Positions 1 through 8,887 are shown, counted from the stretch's first letter. The stretch: 29,674 bases of DNA from Planctomycetales bacterium (GCA_027451455.1 DAIDJI010000001.1:1-29674), one strand, 5' to 3'. Program-made: numbers and translations. The notes: generated by a model not told the origin, from the letters alone.

Positions 1-1
1 G

Positions 2-637
2 GCGCTGATCGCGAGCGGGTTTGTCGTGCTCGCGCAGTTCTCGCTCTTCCTGCTGATCGGTGTGAGCCTCTGGGTCTTCTTTCGGCGGTTCCCTCCGGCG
101 GAGCCCTTCCGACGGTCCGACGAGGCGTTCAGCTACTTCATTGTGCACAACCTGCGGGAGGGCCTGCTCGGATTGGTGATCGCCTCGGTCTTCTCGGCGT
201 CGATGGGGACGCTGGCCGGGTCGCTGAATTCGTCGTCGGCGTCGATCGTCAATGACCTTTACCGCCCGGCGACCGGGCGCGACGACGAGCGTCACCTGGT
301 CCGGGTCTCCCGGATGATGACCGTCGTCTGGGGCGTGGTGCTGGGGCTGGTCGCCTTCTTCGCCCAGTTCCTGAAGGACAACGTCGTGAACAACGCCCTG
401 GCGATCGCGGGGCTGGTCTCGGGGATCTTGCTCGGGCTTTTCCTGCTGGGGATTCTCACCCGGCGGGTCGGCCAGGCCGCGGCGATGGTCGGGGTGATCG
501 CGGGGGTCATCGCGGTGCTGGGGGCCAAGTTCGGCAGTGACCTGGCCTTCCCCTGGTTCGCGCTGGTTGGCTCGTCGACGGTCTTTGCCATCGGCCTGGC
601 GGCGAGCTACGTTGTCCCATCGCGGTCGACCGAGTGA
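2..637 (+). CDS. Sodium:solute symporter (SSS) family transporter, C-terminal part (5' end outside window)
   Basis: Frame is open from base 2 (ALIASGFVVLAQFSLFLLIG...). Contains the SSS signature GLLGLVIASVFSASMGTLAGSLNSSSASIVNDLY followed by several hydrophobic helices. Confidence 0.9.
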   Translation, partial: ALIASGFVVLAQFSLFLLIGVSLWVFFRRFPPAEPFRRSDEAFSYFIVHNLREGLLGLVIASVFSASMGTLAGSLNSSSASIVNDLYRPATGRDDERHLVRVSRMMTVVWGVVLGLVAFFAQFLKDNVVNNALAIAGLVSGILLGLFLLGILTRRVGQAAAMVGVIAGVIAVLGAKFGSDLAFPWFALVGSSTVFAIGLAASYVVPSRSTE

Positions 638-664
638 ACGCTGGTTGGGTTGAGTCGGGAGGGA

Positions 665-1033
665 TCAGGCCTGCGCCAGGGCTTCGATCGCCGAGGTCGG
701 ATCCTCGTCAATCGCGACGACCATCGGCAGGTTGACCGCGACCGCGCCGGCGCGGACGTCCGGGTGCATCCGGCAAAACCGAATCGCGCGGCCGAGCTCT
801 CGGGCGCACTTGACCAGCTTGAAAAGCGCCGAGTATCCCATGCTGCTGAGGTATCGGACCCGCTCCAGGTCCAGCAAGATCGGCCCGATGGCCTCCTGTT
901 CGACGGCACGGGTCAGCTCGGCGATGAACGCTTTTGCCAGGTCAGGGCCCTGGATCTCCCGGCTTGTGACCTCCAGCCGGATGACGTCACCGACTCGTCC
1001 CAGACGCAGATGTTTGAAGTCTTCAGCGACCAT
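665..1033 (-). CDS. STAS domain anti-sigma factor antagonist
   Basis: MVAEDF...ILLDLERVRYLSSMGYSALFKL...RFC matches the STAS pattern, with the phosphorylatable Ser retained. Start placed at ATG 1033, which has GGAGG upstream; the ORF-track start at 1150 is likely too long. Confidence 0.85.
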   Translation of the reverse strand: MVAEDFKHLRLGRVGDVIRLEVTSREIQGPDLAKAFIAELTRAVEQEAIGPILLDLERVRYLSSMGYSALFKLVKCARELGRAIRFCRMHPDVRAGAVAVNLPMVVAIDEDPTSAIEALAQA

Positions 1034-1173
1034 CGGCCCATCTCCTCCGCGAGATCCGATTCGTGACGGCTCATCAACCCAGATACAGGCCGCGAGACCG
1101 ACTGTGACGTCGCGGCCTGTCCTGCTTGGGGACGGCCCGGTCCGGCTCACTTTCGCGCCTCGGTCTGCACCAT

Positions 1174-1187
1174 GATATTACGATATC
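1174..1187. promoter_or_regulatory. Palindrome GATAT-TACG-ATATC, candidate operator in the divergent STAS / HEPN-pair intergenic region
   Basis: 5-bp inverted arms in an AT-rich patch of otherwise GC-rich DNA. Confidence 0.3.
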
Positions 1188-1334
1188 GCGACGAGGTATC
1201 CCACGTCTCGCCGATCTCCTGGTCGTTCGCAAGGGAGAACGCCGGGAATCGCGGGCTGGGTTGTCGGTCCCAGGGTGAGTCGGCGAAAATAGATCATCGG
1301 CCCGACCCGGCCGGGAGAAAGTGGGGGAAGACCA

Positions 1335-1760
1335 ATGCCAGCCGAGACGCCGACCGAAGCCCTGACCGCCCGTCCCACCGACGACCAGCGAACCGATCGC
1401 GCCGAGTGGATCGCCGCGGTCGAGAAGATCGCCGACGACGCCGAGGCGTGGGCGACCGAGCAGAAGTGGTTTGTCCATCGAGGGCCGAAGGAGATCACCG
1501 AGCCGGGCCTCGGGACCTACGAGGTCCCCACCGTTTTGATCCAGGCGCCGGCCGGCCGGTTCGTCATCGACCCGATCGCCCGATACGTCATGGGCGCCGA
1601 GGGACGTCTCGATTTTTGTGTTTTCCCATCTTATTATTACTTTATGATTATTCGGACTGAGGCGGGCTGGCAGTTCGAGACCAATCCGAGGACGACTGCC
1701 CGCCCCTGGACGAAGCAGACCTTCCTCGAGGTCATCTCCGAACTGGCCAGGATGGCATGA
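1335..1760 (+). CDS. Hypothetical protein (141 aa), translationally coupled to the downstream HEPN-motif gene
   Basis: GGGGA RBS, natural globular composition, ATGA overlap with the next gene. No recognisable catalytic motif. Confidence 0.8.
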   Translation: MPAETPTEALTARPTDDQRTDRAEWIAAVEKIADDAEAWATEQKWFVHRGPKEITEPGLGTYEVPTVLIQAPAGRFVIDPIARYVMGAEGRLDFCVFPSYYYFMIIRTEAGWQFETNPRTTARPWTKQTFLEVISELARMA

Positions 1761-2209
1761 CCCCCAAGCAACGACGGCTGGAGCGGATGCGATCCATCGA
1801 GCGTGAGTGGCAGGTCGCCGCGATTTCGGCCGAACTCGTCGGGGAATACCTCCGCGCAAATCCGTCCGTGCTCGATCGGGAACGACTCCGATTCGCGGAT
1901 CATCGCAATTTCCGCGAGAACCTGGAGCCAACCTATCTGATCCGCCTCTTCGCGGAATTCGAGGCCGGATTGCGAGAGGCGTGGGCCCTGGTCTTCCATC
2001 AGGCGACCGCTCCCAGGATGCAGGATCTGATTGATTCCACAATGGCTCGATGCCGAATTCCCCGGGCGTGGTGCGAGGAAGTCCATGCCATCCGAACGTA
2101 TCGCAACGCCCTGGTCCACGAAGGTGGCGATGAGGCCAGGCCGATCGGCCTCCGGGTGGCCTGCGCCGATCTCTGCCGCTTCTTCAGCGGCCTGCCCCAC
2201 CACTGGTGA
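1757..2209 (+). CDS. Putative HEPN-domain protein (150 aa)
   Basis: Helical protein with N-terminal YLIRLFAEFEAGLR and C-terminal RNALVH (RxxxxH, nt 2102-2119), the canonical HEPN layout. Confidence 0.7.
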   Translation: MTPKQRRLERMRSIEREWQVAAISAELVGEYLRANPSVLDRERLRFADHRNFRENLEPTYLIRLFAEFEAGLREAWALVFHQATAPRMQDLIDSTMARCRIPRAWCEEVHAIRTYRNALVHEGGDEARPIGLRVACADLCRFFSGLPHHW

Positions 2210-2236
2210 ACACCCAACTGCCCAGGAGAATCGTCC

Positions 2237-3181
2237 GTGCCGCTGGAAGATCACCTGCTGACCGAGTCGCGCAACCCGCTCTCCGAGGCCATCGACACCC
2301 TCAGCCCCTCGGAGATCGTCCGGCTGATGAACTCGGAGGACGCCCGGGTGGTGGAGGCGGTCGGGGCCGAGGCCGATTCGATCGCGAGGGCGATCGAGTG
2401 GGCCGCCGACCGGCTCGGCCGCGGCGGTCGGTTGATTTACGCCGGCGCTGGGACCTCGGGACGGCTAGGCGTGCTCGACGCCGCCGAGTGTCCGCCGACG
2501 TTCAGTACTCCGCCGGAGATGGTCGTCGGCCTGATCGCCGGCGGGCCCTCGGCCTTCACCCGTGCCATTGAGGGCGCCGAGGACGACCCCGACCGAGGCG
2601 CCGCCGACATCGACGAGCGGAACGTCGGCCCGGACGACCTGATCGTCGGGATCGCGACATCGGGCCGGACGCCGTACGTCATCGGCGCCGTCCGCGCGGC
2701 CCGGCGACGAGGGGCGGCGACCGTCGGGATCGCCTGCAACCGTCCGAGCCTCCTGGGCGCCGAGGTGGATATCGAGATCGCGCTGCTGGTCGGCCCCGAG
2801 ATCATTGCCGGCTCGACGCGATTGAAGGCCGGCACGGCGACTAAGATGGTTTTAAATATGATCTCGACCGGGGCGATGGTCCGGATCGGCAAGACGCTGG
2901 GCAACCGGATGGTTGACATGAAGTCGTCGAACGAGAAGCTCCGGATCCGGGCCCGCCGGATGCTCCGCGAGCTGGCCGGGATCGACGATGACAAGGCGAG
3001 GGAGATCCTCGAGCGTTGCGGCGGCCAGCTCAAGCCGGCGCTGGTGGTGGCGCTGGCGGGGGTTGATCCCGACGAGGCGCAGGTCCTGCTCGACGCCCAC
3101 AGCGGCCAGGTCCGCGCGGCGGTCGCGGCGGCCGGTCAGGGCTTCCGGCCGATCACTCCCGTCGCGCAACCGAAGAAATAA
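2237..3181 (+). CDS. murQ: N-acetylmuramic acid 6-phosphate etherase
   Basis: TESRNP, GAGTSGRLGVLDAAECPPTF, GAEDD, GSTRLKAGTATKMVLNMIST and GNRMVD motifs. AGGAG RBS before the GTG start. Confidence 0.95.
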   Translation: MPLEDHLLTESRNPLSEAIDTLSPSEIVRLMNSEDARVVEAVGAEADSIARAIEWAADRLGRGGRLIYAGAGTSGRLGVLDAAECPPTFSTPPEMVVGLIAGGPSAFTRAIEGAEDDPDRGAADIDERNVGPDDLIVGIATSGRTPYVIGAVRAARRRGAATVGIACNRPSLLGAEVDIEIALLVGPEIIAGSTRLKAGTATKMVLNMISTGAMVRIGKTLGNRMVDMKSSNEKLRIRARRMLRELAGIDDDKAREILERCGGQLKPALVVALAGVDPDEAQVLLDAHSGQVRAAVAAAGQGFRPITPVAQPKK

Positions 3182-3861
3182 GAGACCGGCTCGACCACGA
3201 GGCCGGCCTCAGCGAAGGAGCGGTAGGCGTCGGAGCAATCGCCGAACGCCTCGGTGTAGACGCCCAGCAGCCGGTAATTCTCCGGGTTCCCCAGGAATAG
3301 TGCTCCGAGTACCGGAATCGCCCGACGCAGGTAAAACATGTAGGGGCCCCGGAGCCGGTGGGAGGGGGGGACGGAGATTTCCACGAAGGACAGTCGCCCG
3401 CCCGGCGCGAGGACGTCGTGGACCCGCCGGGCGAGCGTCCGGATCTGATCGGACGAGAGCGTCTTGAGCCCGAACGAGGACAGGACCACATCGGCCGATT
3501 CGGGCGGGAAGTCGACCGACAGGACATCCGCCTCGATCACACGGACGGGGCAGGGGACCCGGCCGCCGGTATGCTTCCGGGCCCGCTGGCACATCCGGGC
3601 CGAGATGTCGACCGCCGTGACGGACCCCTCGGCACCGATCAACCGACTCGCGTCGGGGATGATCTCTCCCATCCCGGTCATCAGGTCAAGGACCCGGTCT
3701 CCTGGTCGGATCGGGATCGCTCGGACGCACTGCCGGCGCCATCGCCGGGCGAATCCGAACGACGAGATGAGATTCACAACCCCGTAAGTCGTCGCCATCT
3801 CCTCGAAGAGTTGCCTGACGAAGGCAGGGTCGTAATAGGGAACAGGGTTCGACGTCGGCAC
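3136..3861 (-). CDS. Class I SAM-dependent methyltransferase, UbiE/MenG-like
   Basis: FEEMATTYGVVN, VLDLMTGMGE (motif I), VTAVDIS, ADVVLSSFGLK and EISVP motifs. Overlaps the murQ 3' end convergently. Confidence 0.85.
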   Translation of the reverse strand: MPTSNPVPYYDPAFVRQLFEEMATTYGVVNLISSFGFARRWRRQCVRAIPIRPGDRVLDLMTGMGEIIPDASRLIGAEGSVTAVDISARMCQRARKHTGGRVPCPVRVIEADVLSVDFPPESADVVLSSFGLKTLSSDQIRTLARRVHDVLAPGGRLSFVEISVPPSHRLRGPYMFYLRRAIPVLGALFLGNPENYRLLGVYTEAFGDCSDAYRSFAEAGLVVEPVSYFFGCATGVIGRKP

Positions 3862-4062
3862 GGAACGGCCCCGATCGATCGGGTTATCTCGGCTGGTCTG
3901 GAAGGATCGCCCCCGGTATCGGCGGTCGATGGCTGACGGCCCGCCCGAGCGACTTCAACGCGTACCAGGGATCTCGGCCCCTCCCGAGGCTTGACGGACG
4001 CCGGATTGTAGGAAAGATGGTTCCGAATCGATAGAGGACAGGTGGCGGGGGAGTCTCGGGCG

Positions 4063-5007
4063 ATGGCGGATCGGCGGATGGTCCTGGGCGTGGACGGCGG
4101 CGGGACCTCGACGGTGGCCTGGCTGGCCGATCCCGGCGGCGAGGTGCTCGGCCGGGGGGCGTCGGGCCCGTCGAACGCCAAGGCGGTCGGGATGGAGTCG
4201 GCGCGTCGGGCGCTCGATGCGGCCGTCGCTGCCGCGTTCGAGGACGCAGGGCTCGGCCCGACCACCGTGGAAGCGGCCTGTCTTGGTCTGGCAGGATTCG
4301 ACCGCCCCGAGGACCGGGCCATCCTCACCGGATGGGCCGGGGAGGTCGGGCTGGCGCGTCGGCTGGTGCTGGTCAACGACGGCGACCTCGTGGTCGCCGC
4401 CGGGACGCCCGAGGGGTGGGGCGTTGGCGTGATCGCCGGGACGGGATCGATCGCCGTCGGCCGGTCGGCCGACGGACGAACGGCCCGCGCCGGCGGCTGG
4501 GGCCACCTGATCGGCGACGAGGGGAGCGGCTACCGGCTCGTCCTCGACGCCCTCCGGCTGGTCGCCCGTCGCGACGACGGCCGAGACCCCCGGCCCGACC
4601 CCGACCCGCTCACCGATCGCCTTTGCCGGGCCCTTGGTGTCGATCGGGCCTCCCGGATTGTCACGGCGGTCTACGCCCCCGATTCGACCCGCGCCCGGAT
4701 CGCCGCGATGGCCCCGGAGGTCCTCGCCGCCTGCGACGAATCCCCCGACGACGCCAGGCGCCTGCTCCGACCCGCTGGCGTTGCCCTGGCCGAGATCGTC
4801 GCAGCCGTCGCCCGCTCGCTCGGCTGGCACTCCGGCCCCCTCCCCATGGCCGCCGCTGGCAGCTTTCTCCTCGCGGCCCCCGCTGTGCGCCTCTCGATGC
4901 TCGACGACCTGCTCGCCCGCGGCTATCGCCCTGACCTCAATCCCGTTCCCGAGCCCGCCCGAGGCGCCGTCTTGCTGGCCGCCCGCGCCACGGATGAAAA
5001 CCCCTGA
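4063..5007 (+). CDS. BadF/BadG/BcrA/BcrD-family sugar kinase (N-acetylglucosamine/N-acetylmuramic acid kinase-like)
   Basis: GVDGGGTST, LVNDG, VIAGTGSIA and RAGGWGHLIGDEGSGY motifs. Start is ATG 4063 or GTG 4042. Confidence 0.9.
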   Translation: MADRRMVLGVDGGGTSTVAWLADPGGEVLGRGASGPSNAKAVGMESARRALDAAVAAAFEDAGLGPTTVEAACLGLAGFDRPEDRAILTGWAGEVGLARRLVLVNDGDLVVAAGTPEGWGVGVIAGTGSIAVGRSADGRTARAGGWGHLIGDEGSGYRLVLDALRLVARRDDGRDPRPDPDPLTDRLCRALGVDRASRIVTAVYAPDSTRARIAAMAPEVLAACDESPDDARRLLRPAGVALAEIVAAVARSLGWHSGPLPMAAAGSFLLAAPAVRLSMLDDLLARGYRPDLNPVPEPARGAVLLAARATDENP

Positions 5008-5264
5008 TGAACCACCCGACACGTCTCGACTCCGAGATGCCATCACGCAATAAGCGCGCGATACGATCGATCCTCGCCGAGGTTTGTCCGGAACCCTTGG
5101 TCATCAATGGCGTGGAAATTGCTAACATTGGGTGAAACGCATGAAGCGGGGACGAGGCCTGCACGCAAGGTCAGGCCGGGGCCGATGTGAGGGCCCACCC
5201 CGAATATTCGAGAACGACGGGCGGGTCGTCCGTCGTCGGGCCCAGCGAGGGGGCCGGTGATCTC

Positions 5265-6686
5265 ATGTTTGCGGAGACGCTCCAGAGGGTCGTCGAGCTC
5301 ATGCCGGGACCGGCCCTTGCGATTGGACCGGGGGGCGAGGTGCTTGTCGGCAACGATCAGGCCGCGAGCTGGCTTGGTGCGGGTGGCCGGGCGATCGCGG
5401 GCCGGGCACTGGCCGGAATGGTCGCCGATCCCCCCGATCAGGTGGCCGGCTTCCTGGAGAAATGCACGCGAGCGGGCCGGAAGGTCGCCGGCGAATTGAC
5501 GCCGATCCGGGCTGGTCACGGGGCAGGGGGGGCCTGCCGGATCGAGGGAATCGCGATGCCCATCGCGGAGCAGGCCGGCGGGACGCCGGCAGTGGTCATT
5601 CGTGTTGTGGAGGATGGGCCCGAAGCCGTGCTGCGCGAAGAGATCCGCTGCAAGGACGAGTTTCTCGACCGCCTGGCGCACGACCTCCGCAACCCGGTCG
5701 CGGCGCTCAGTGCGGCAATGCACCTTTCGCGGCAGGCGACGTCGGCCGAGGATCTTGTCTGGGCCGGGGAGTCGATGGAGCGCCAGGTCCAGCAACTGGT
5801 CCGCCAGCTCGATGCCCTGCTCGACCTGGCGCGGATTACCCGGGGCCGGATCGCACTGCATCGCCGACGGGTCGACGGGGCGGCCGTCGCTCGGGCGGCG
5901 GCTTCTGCCGCGCGTCCGATCCTTGAGGCCCGCGAGGTGCAGCTCACGCTCGCGACGACGCCCGGTGACCTCACCATCGAGGCCGACCCGGCTCGTCTCG
6001 AGCAGATGCTCGTCGTCCTGCTCGACCACGTCTCCGGGACCATCGAGCCCGGGGGCGGCGTTCGGCTGGCGGTCGGCCGCGATCGCGAGACGGTCGCCTT
6101 CCGCGTCTCGAATCGCCCCGAGAATCTGGCCTCGCCGACGTTGGTGGCCGCCTGGGATCAATCTGTCGGCCCGGCGCTGGTCCGGAAGATCGCCGAGATG
6201 CACGGCGGTACCACCGGGGCCCAGGCCGACGAGAACAGCGGGGGCCGGCGCGAGGTCATTGTCCGCCTCCCCGCGGCCGGCCCATCGGCCTCGGCGATTC
6301 CGACTCCGACCTCCGCCGCTGGCGGCTCGCGGATTCTCGTCGTCGACGACAACAATGACGCCGCCCGGGGAACCGCGCGGCTTCTCCAGATCGCTGGCCA
6401 CGATGTCCGGATCGCCCACGACGGCCGCCAGGCACTCGATTTGGCCGAAGAGTTCCGGCCTCGCTTCTTCCTTCTCGATATCGGCCTGCCCGGGATGGAT
6501 GGCTACGAGGTCGCTCGCCGCCTCCGCGCTAACCCTACCCACCGCGACGCCGTGATCATTGCCATCTCCGGCTACAGCGTCGACGAGTATCGCGAGCCCC
6601 GCTCCGCCGGCTTCGACCACCACCTGGTCAAACCGATCGATTACAGTGCCCTCCGCGCCATCCTCGCCCAGCACGCCAGCGACTGA
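5265..6686 (+). CDS. Hybrid sensor: PAS-like + HisKA + degenerate HATPase + receiver domain
   Basis: H-box LAHDLRNP (His at 5679-5681). Intact REC domain (ILVVDDN, LLDIGLPGMDG, ISGY, HLVKP). N, G1 and F boxes are degenerate or missing. Confidence 0.88.
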   Translation: MFAETLQRVVELMPGPALAIGPGGEVLVGNDQAASWLGAGGRAIAGRALAGMVADPPDQVAGFLEKCTRAGRKVAGELTPIRAGHGAGGACRIEGIAMPIAEQAGGTPAVVIRVVEDGPEAVLREEIRCKDEFLDRLAHDLRNPVAALSAAMHLSRQATSAEDLVWAGESMERQVQQLVRQLDALLDLARITRGRIALHRRRVDGAAVARAAASAARPILEAREVQLTLATTPGDLTIEADPARLEQMLVVLLDHVSGTIEPGGGVRLAVGRDRETVAFRVSNRPENLASPTLVAAWDQSVGPALVRKIAEMHGGTTGAQADENSGGRREVIVRLPAAGPSASAIPTPTSAAGGSRILVVDDNNDAARGTARLLQIAGHDVRIAHDGRQALDLAEEFRPRFFLLDIGLPGMDGYEVARRLRANPTHRDAVIIAISGYSVDEYREPRSAGFDHHLVKPIDYSALRAILAQHASD

Positions 6687-6774
6687 CCGCTCCCGATTGC
6701 GCACCTTGTACAATTGTCGTCGGGGCCGGCATAATCGAGGCCAGTGGATCTTCATCCCTGGGGGGTTCGCGCCG

Positions 6775-8064
6775 ATGACGGGGCCACGGCGGAAGCGATT
6801 GTTCGGGCCGCTGTTCTACTCGACGCTGGTCTGCGCCGCGCTGGTGCTGATCTACGTCGGGGCAATCCAGGTGGCGGGGTGGCTGGATCAGCGATGGCGG
6901 GCGATGGCCGAGCGTGACGAAATCGAGGCGCTGACAAAGGGGTTGCGGTCGTCCGACGTGAACCTGAGCGAGAGGTCGGCCCGGGCTTTGCTGTCGAAGG
7001 GTCCAGAGGTCTACCGGCCGATCCTGATCGAGGCGACGCATGACCCGAACGACGTGGTCCGGGCGACGGCCTGCCAGATCCTGGGTGAGGGGCATGTCGA
7101 TTCGACCGAGGCGCTCGGCGTACTGATCGAGGCGGCGAGTGATCGATACGAGCCGGTCCGCCTGTACGCGGCCGAGGGGATGGTGCGGCTCGTCAGGATG
7201 TCGACCGTTCCCGGACGTCGCGACGAAGCTCGTCGGGCGCTCCGACGGCTCCTGAAAGACTCTTCGTCGAATGTTCGCGCCGTGGCGGCCGGCTCGATGG
7301 AGGTGTTTGGTCCTGACCCGGAGATCGCGGCTGACCTGACCCGGGCCTTCGACGAGATCGATCGATCGGTCCGGCTCGCCGCGGCCCGGTCGCTGATCCG
7401 GATCAACGGCCCGGATGACCCGGCGGCGGCCCGGGTGCTGATCGCGATGGCCGCCGCTCCTGAGGCGGTCGCCGATCGCAGCGACGTCCTCCGCGCCATC
7501 AACATGATGAGCCCTCCCATCCGCGGCCGCGCGGCCGAGGCAATGGCGGGCCTGATCCGGAACGCTGACCCGGACGTCCTCCCTGACCTGCTCGCCGCCA
7601 TTGCCGAGGCTGGCACCTGGGCCAGGGCCGCGGAACCGGCGATGGAGTCGCTGCTCGACCACCCGGAAACCGATATTCGCGCCCAGGCGGCGTTCGCCAT
7701 CCTCGCTGTCGAGTGCCCCGAGAACGCCCAGAACCTGACAGCGGGCGGCCCGGCTGGTGCGTCGGTTGGCTCGATGGGCTCGGTCCCGGCGACGAGCCCA
7801 ACGGCCGGAACCCATCTCAGCCCGAAGGCCGCGTCGATCCTGGCGAGGGTCATGGGGGATGTGAGTATCCCCATCGAACTGCGGAGGAACGCCGTTGCCC
7901 TGATCCGGTCAGCTGAGGCCTCGGCCATCACCCAGGCGACCTCAGCTCTGGTCCGTCAGCTCGCCGACCCCGACCCGGCGGTGCGTGGGTTCGCGCTCCA
8001 TCTGCTCGAGCAGATCATCGACGAGGCGCCCGTGGCGATTCCGTCGGCCGAGGCTTCGAGGTAA
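6775..8064 (+). CDS. Membrane-anchored HEAT-repeat protein
   Basis: N-terminal TM (LFYSTLVCAALVLIYVGAIQVAGW), then repeats of the type DPNDVVRATACQIL, SDRYEPVRLYAAEG, DSSSNVRAVAA, DRSVRLAAARSL and DPDPAVRGFA. Start moved to ATG 6775. Confidence 0.8.
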   Translation: MTGPRRKRLFGPLFYSTLVCAALVLIYVGAIQVAGWLDQRWRAMAERDEIEALTKGLRSSDVNLSERSARALLSKGPEVYRPILIEATHDPNDVVRATACQILGEGHVDSTEALGVLIEAASDRYEPVRLYAAEGMVRLVRMSTVPGRRDEARRALRRLLKDSSSNVRAVAAGSMEVFGPDPEIAADLTRAFDEIDRSVRLAAARSLIRINGPDDPAAARVLIAMAAAPEAVADRSDVLRAINMMSPPIRGRAAEAMAGLIRNADPDVLPDLLAAIAEAGTWARAAEPAMESLLDHPETDIRAQAAFAILAVECPENAQNLTAGGPAGASVGSMGSVPATSPTAGTHLSPKAASILARVMGDVSIPIELRRNAVALIRSAEASAITQATSALVRQLADPDPAVRGFALHLLEQIIDEAPVAIPSAEASR

Positions 8065-8074
8065 TCGGGTCGGC

Positions 8075-8674
8075 TCAACCCGCCGCAAACGGTCCCTCGC
8101 GAGCGATCTCGGCGACCGGCTTGCGGCCCGAAGGGGCCTCACGCTCGCGGATCGCTTCGGGCAGATTGGCCGGGTCGCCCGGATGGCCGACGGCGATCAT
8201 CGCCTCGACCTCGTAATCGTCGGGGACGCGGAGCGTCGCCCGTGCCTTGCCGCGGTCGAAACCGGCCATCCCGTGGACAACCAGGCCCATCGAGGCGCCC
8301 TGGAGCGCCAGGTTCTCGAAGGCGGCGCCGGCGTCGAAAGTATGCACCGGGTTGGGCATTCCGTTCCGCCCGAAGACCTTGTGCGAAAGGACCACGATCA
8401 GCACACCCGCCCGGACGCACCAGACCTGGTTGGCCTCCATCAGCAGGCCGAAGAATGCCGGCCATTGCGGCGTCTCGCGACGAGCGTAGAGGAATAGCCA
8501 CTCCTGTTCGTTGTAGGTCGAGGGCGCCCACCGCGCGGCCTCGAAGAGCCGCAACAGGTCCGACGGATCGACCGGCGCACCACTCATGGCACGCGGCGAC
8601 CACCGGTCGAGAAAAATTGGCTCGATCGGGTGATCGGCCGTCCGGTGCTCGCGCCCCCTGGGAAGCTCCGCCAT
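8075..8674 (-). CDS. Nitroreductase family protein
   Basis: RWSPRAM, AARWAPSTYNEQEW, FDAGAAFENLALQG, HGMAGFD and MIAVGHPG motifs. AGGAGGT RBS before ATG 8674. Confidence 0.92.
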   Translation of the reverse strand: MAELPRGREHRTADHPIEPIFLDRWSPRAMSGAPVDPSDLLRLFEAARWAPSTYNEQEWLFLYARRETPQWPAFFGLLMEANQVWCVRAGVLIVVLSHKVFGRNGMPNPVHTFDAGAAFENLALQGASMGLVVHGMAGFDRGKARATLRVPDDYEVEAMIAVGHPGDPANLPEAIREREAPSGRKPVAEIAREGPFAAG

Positions 8675-8887
8675 CGCGCCACCTCCTGTTTCGTGAACTC
8701 GGCCTTCCGACTTTCGCGCGTCCCCATCGAACCAGCCGGGGACCTCATTGTCAAAGGGTCGCAACGTCGAACGTCCGGCGGGCGGCACCAGGTTTGCACC
8801 AGAGCCTTTCGTGGAAACGTCTTGCAGCGCCGGACGGCCGCGAGGCCATCGGGCTGCCTCCGAGTTTCATCGAGGAGGAGAATCCAC

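Noticed and set aside
3955-7815. Long antisense ORFs 3955-5046, 5043-6755 and 6628-7815 (minus strand)
   Set aside because: Shadow frames opposite motif-bearing genes in GC-rich DNA. They are Arg/Gly/Pro-rich with no motifs.
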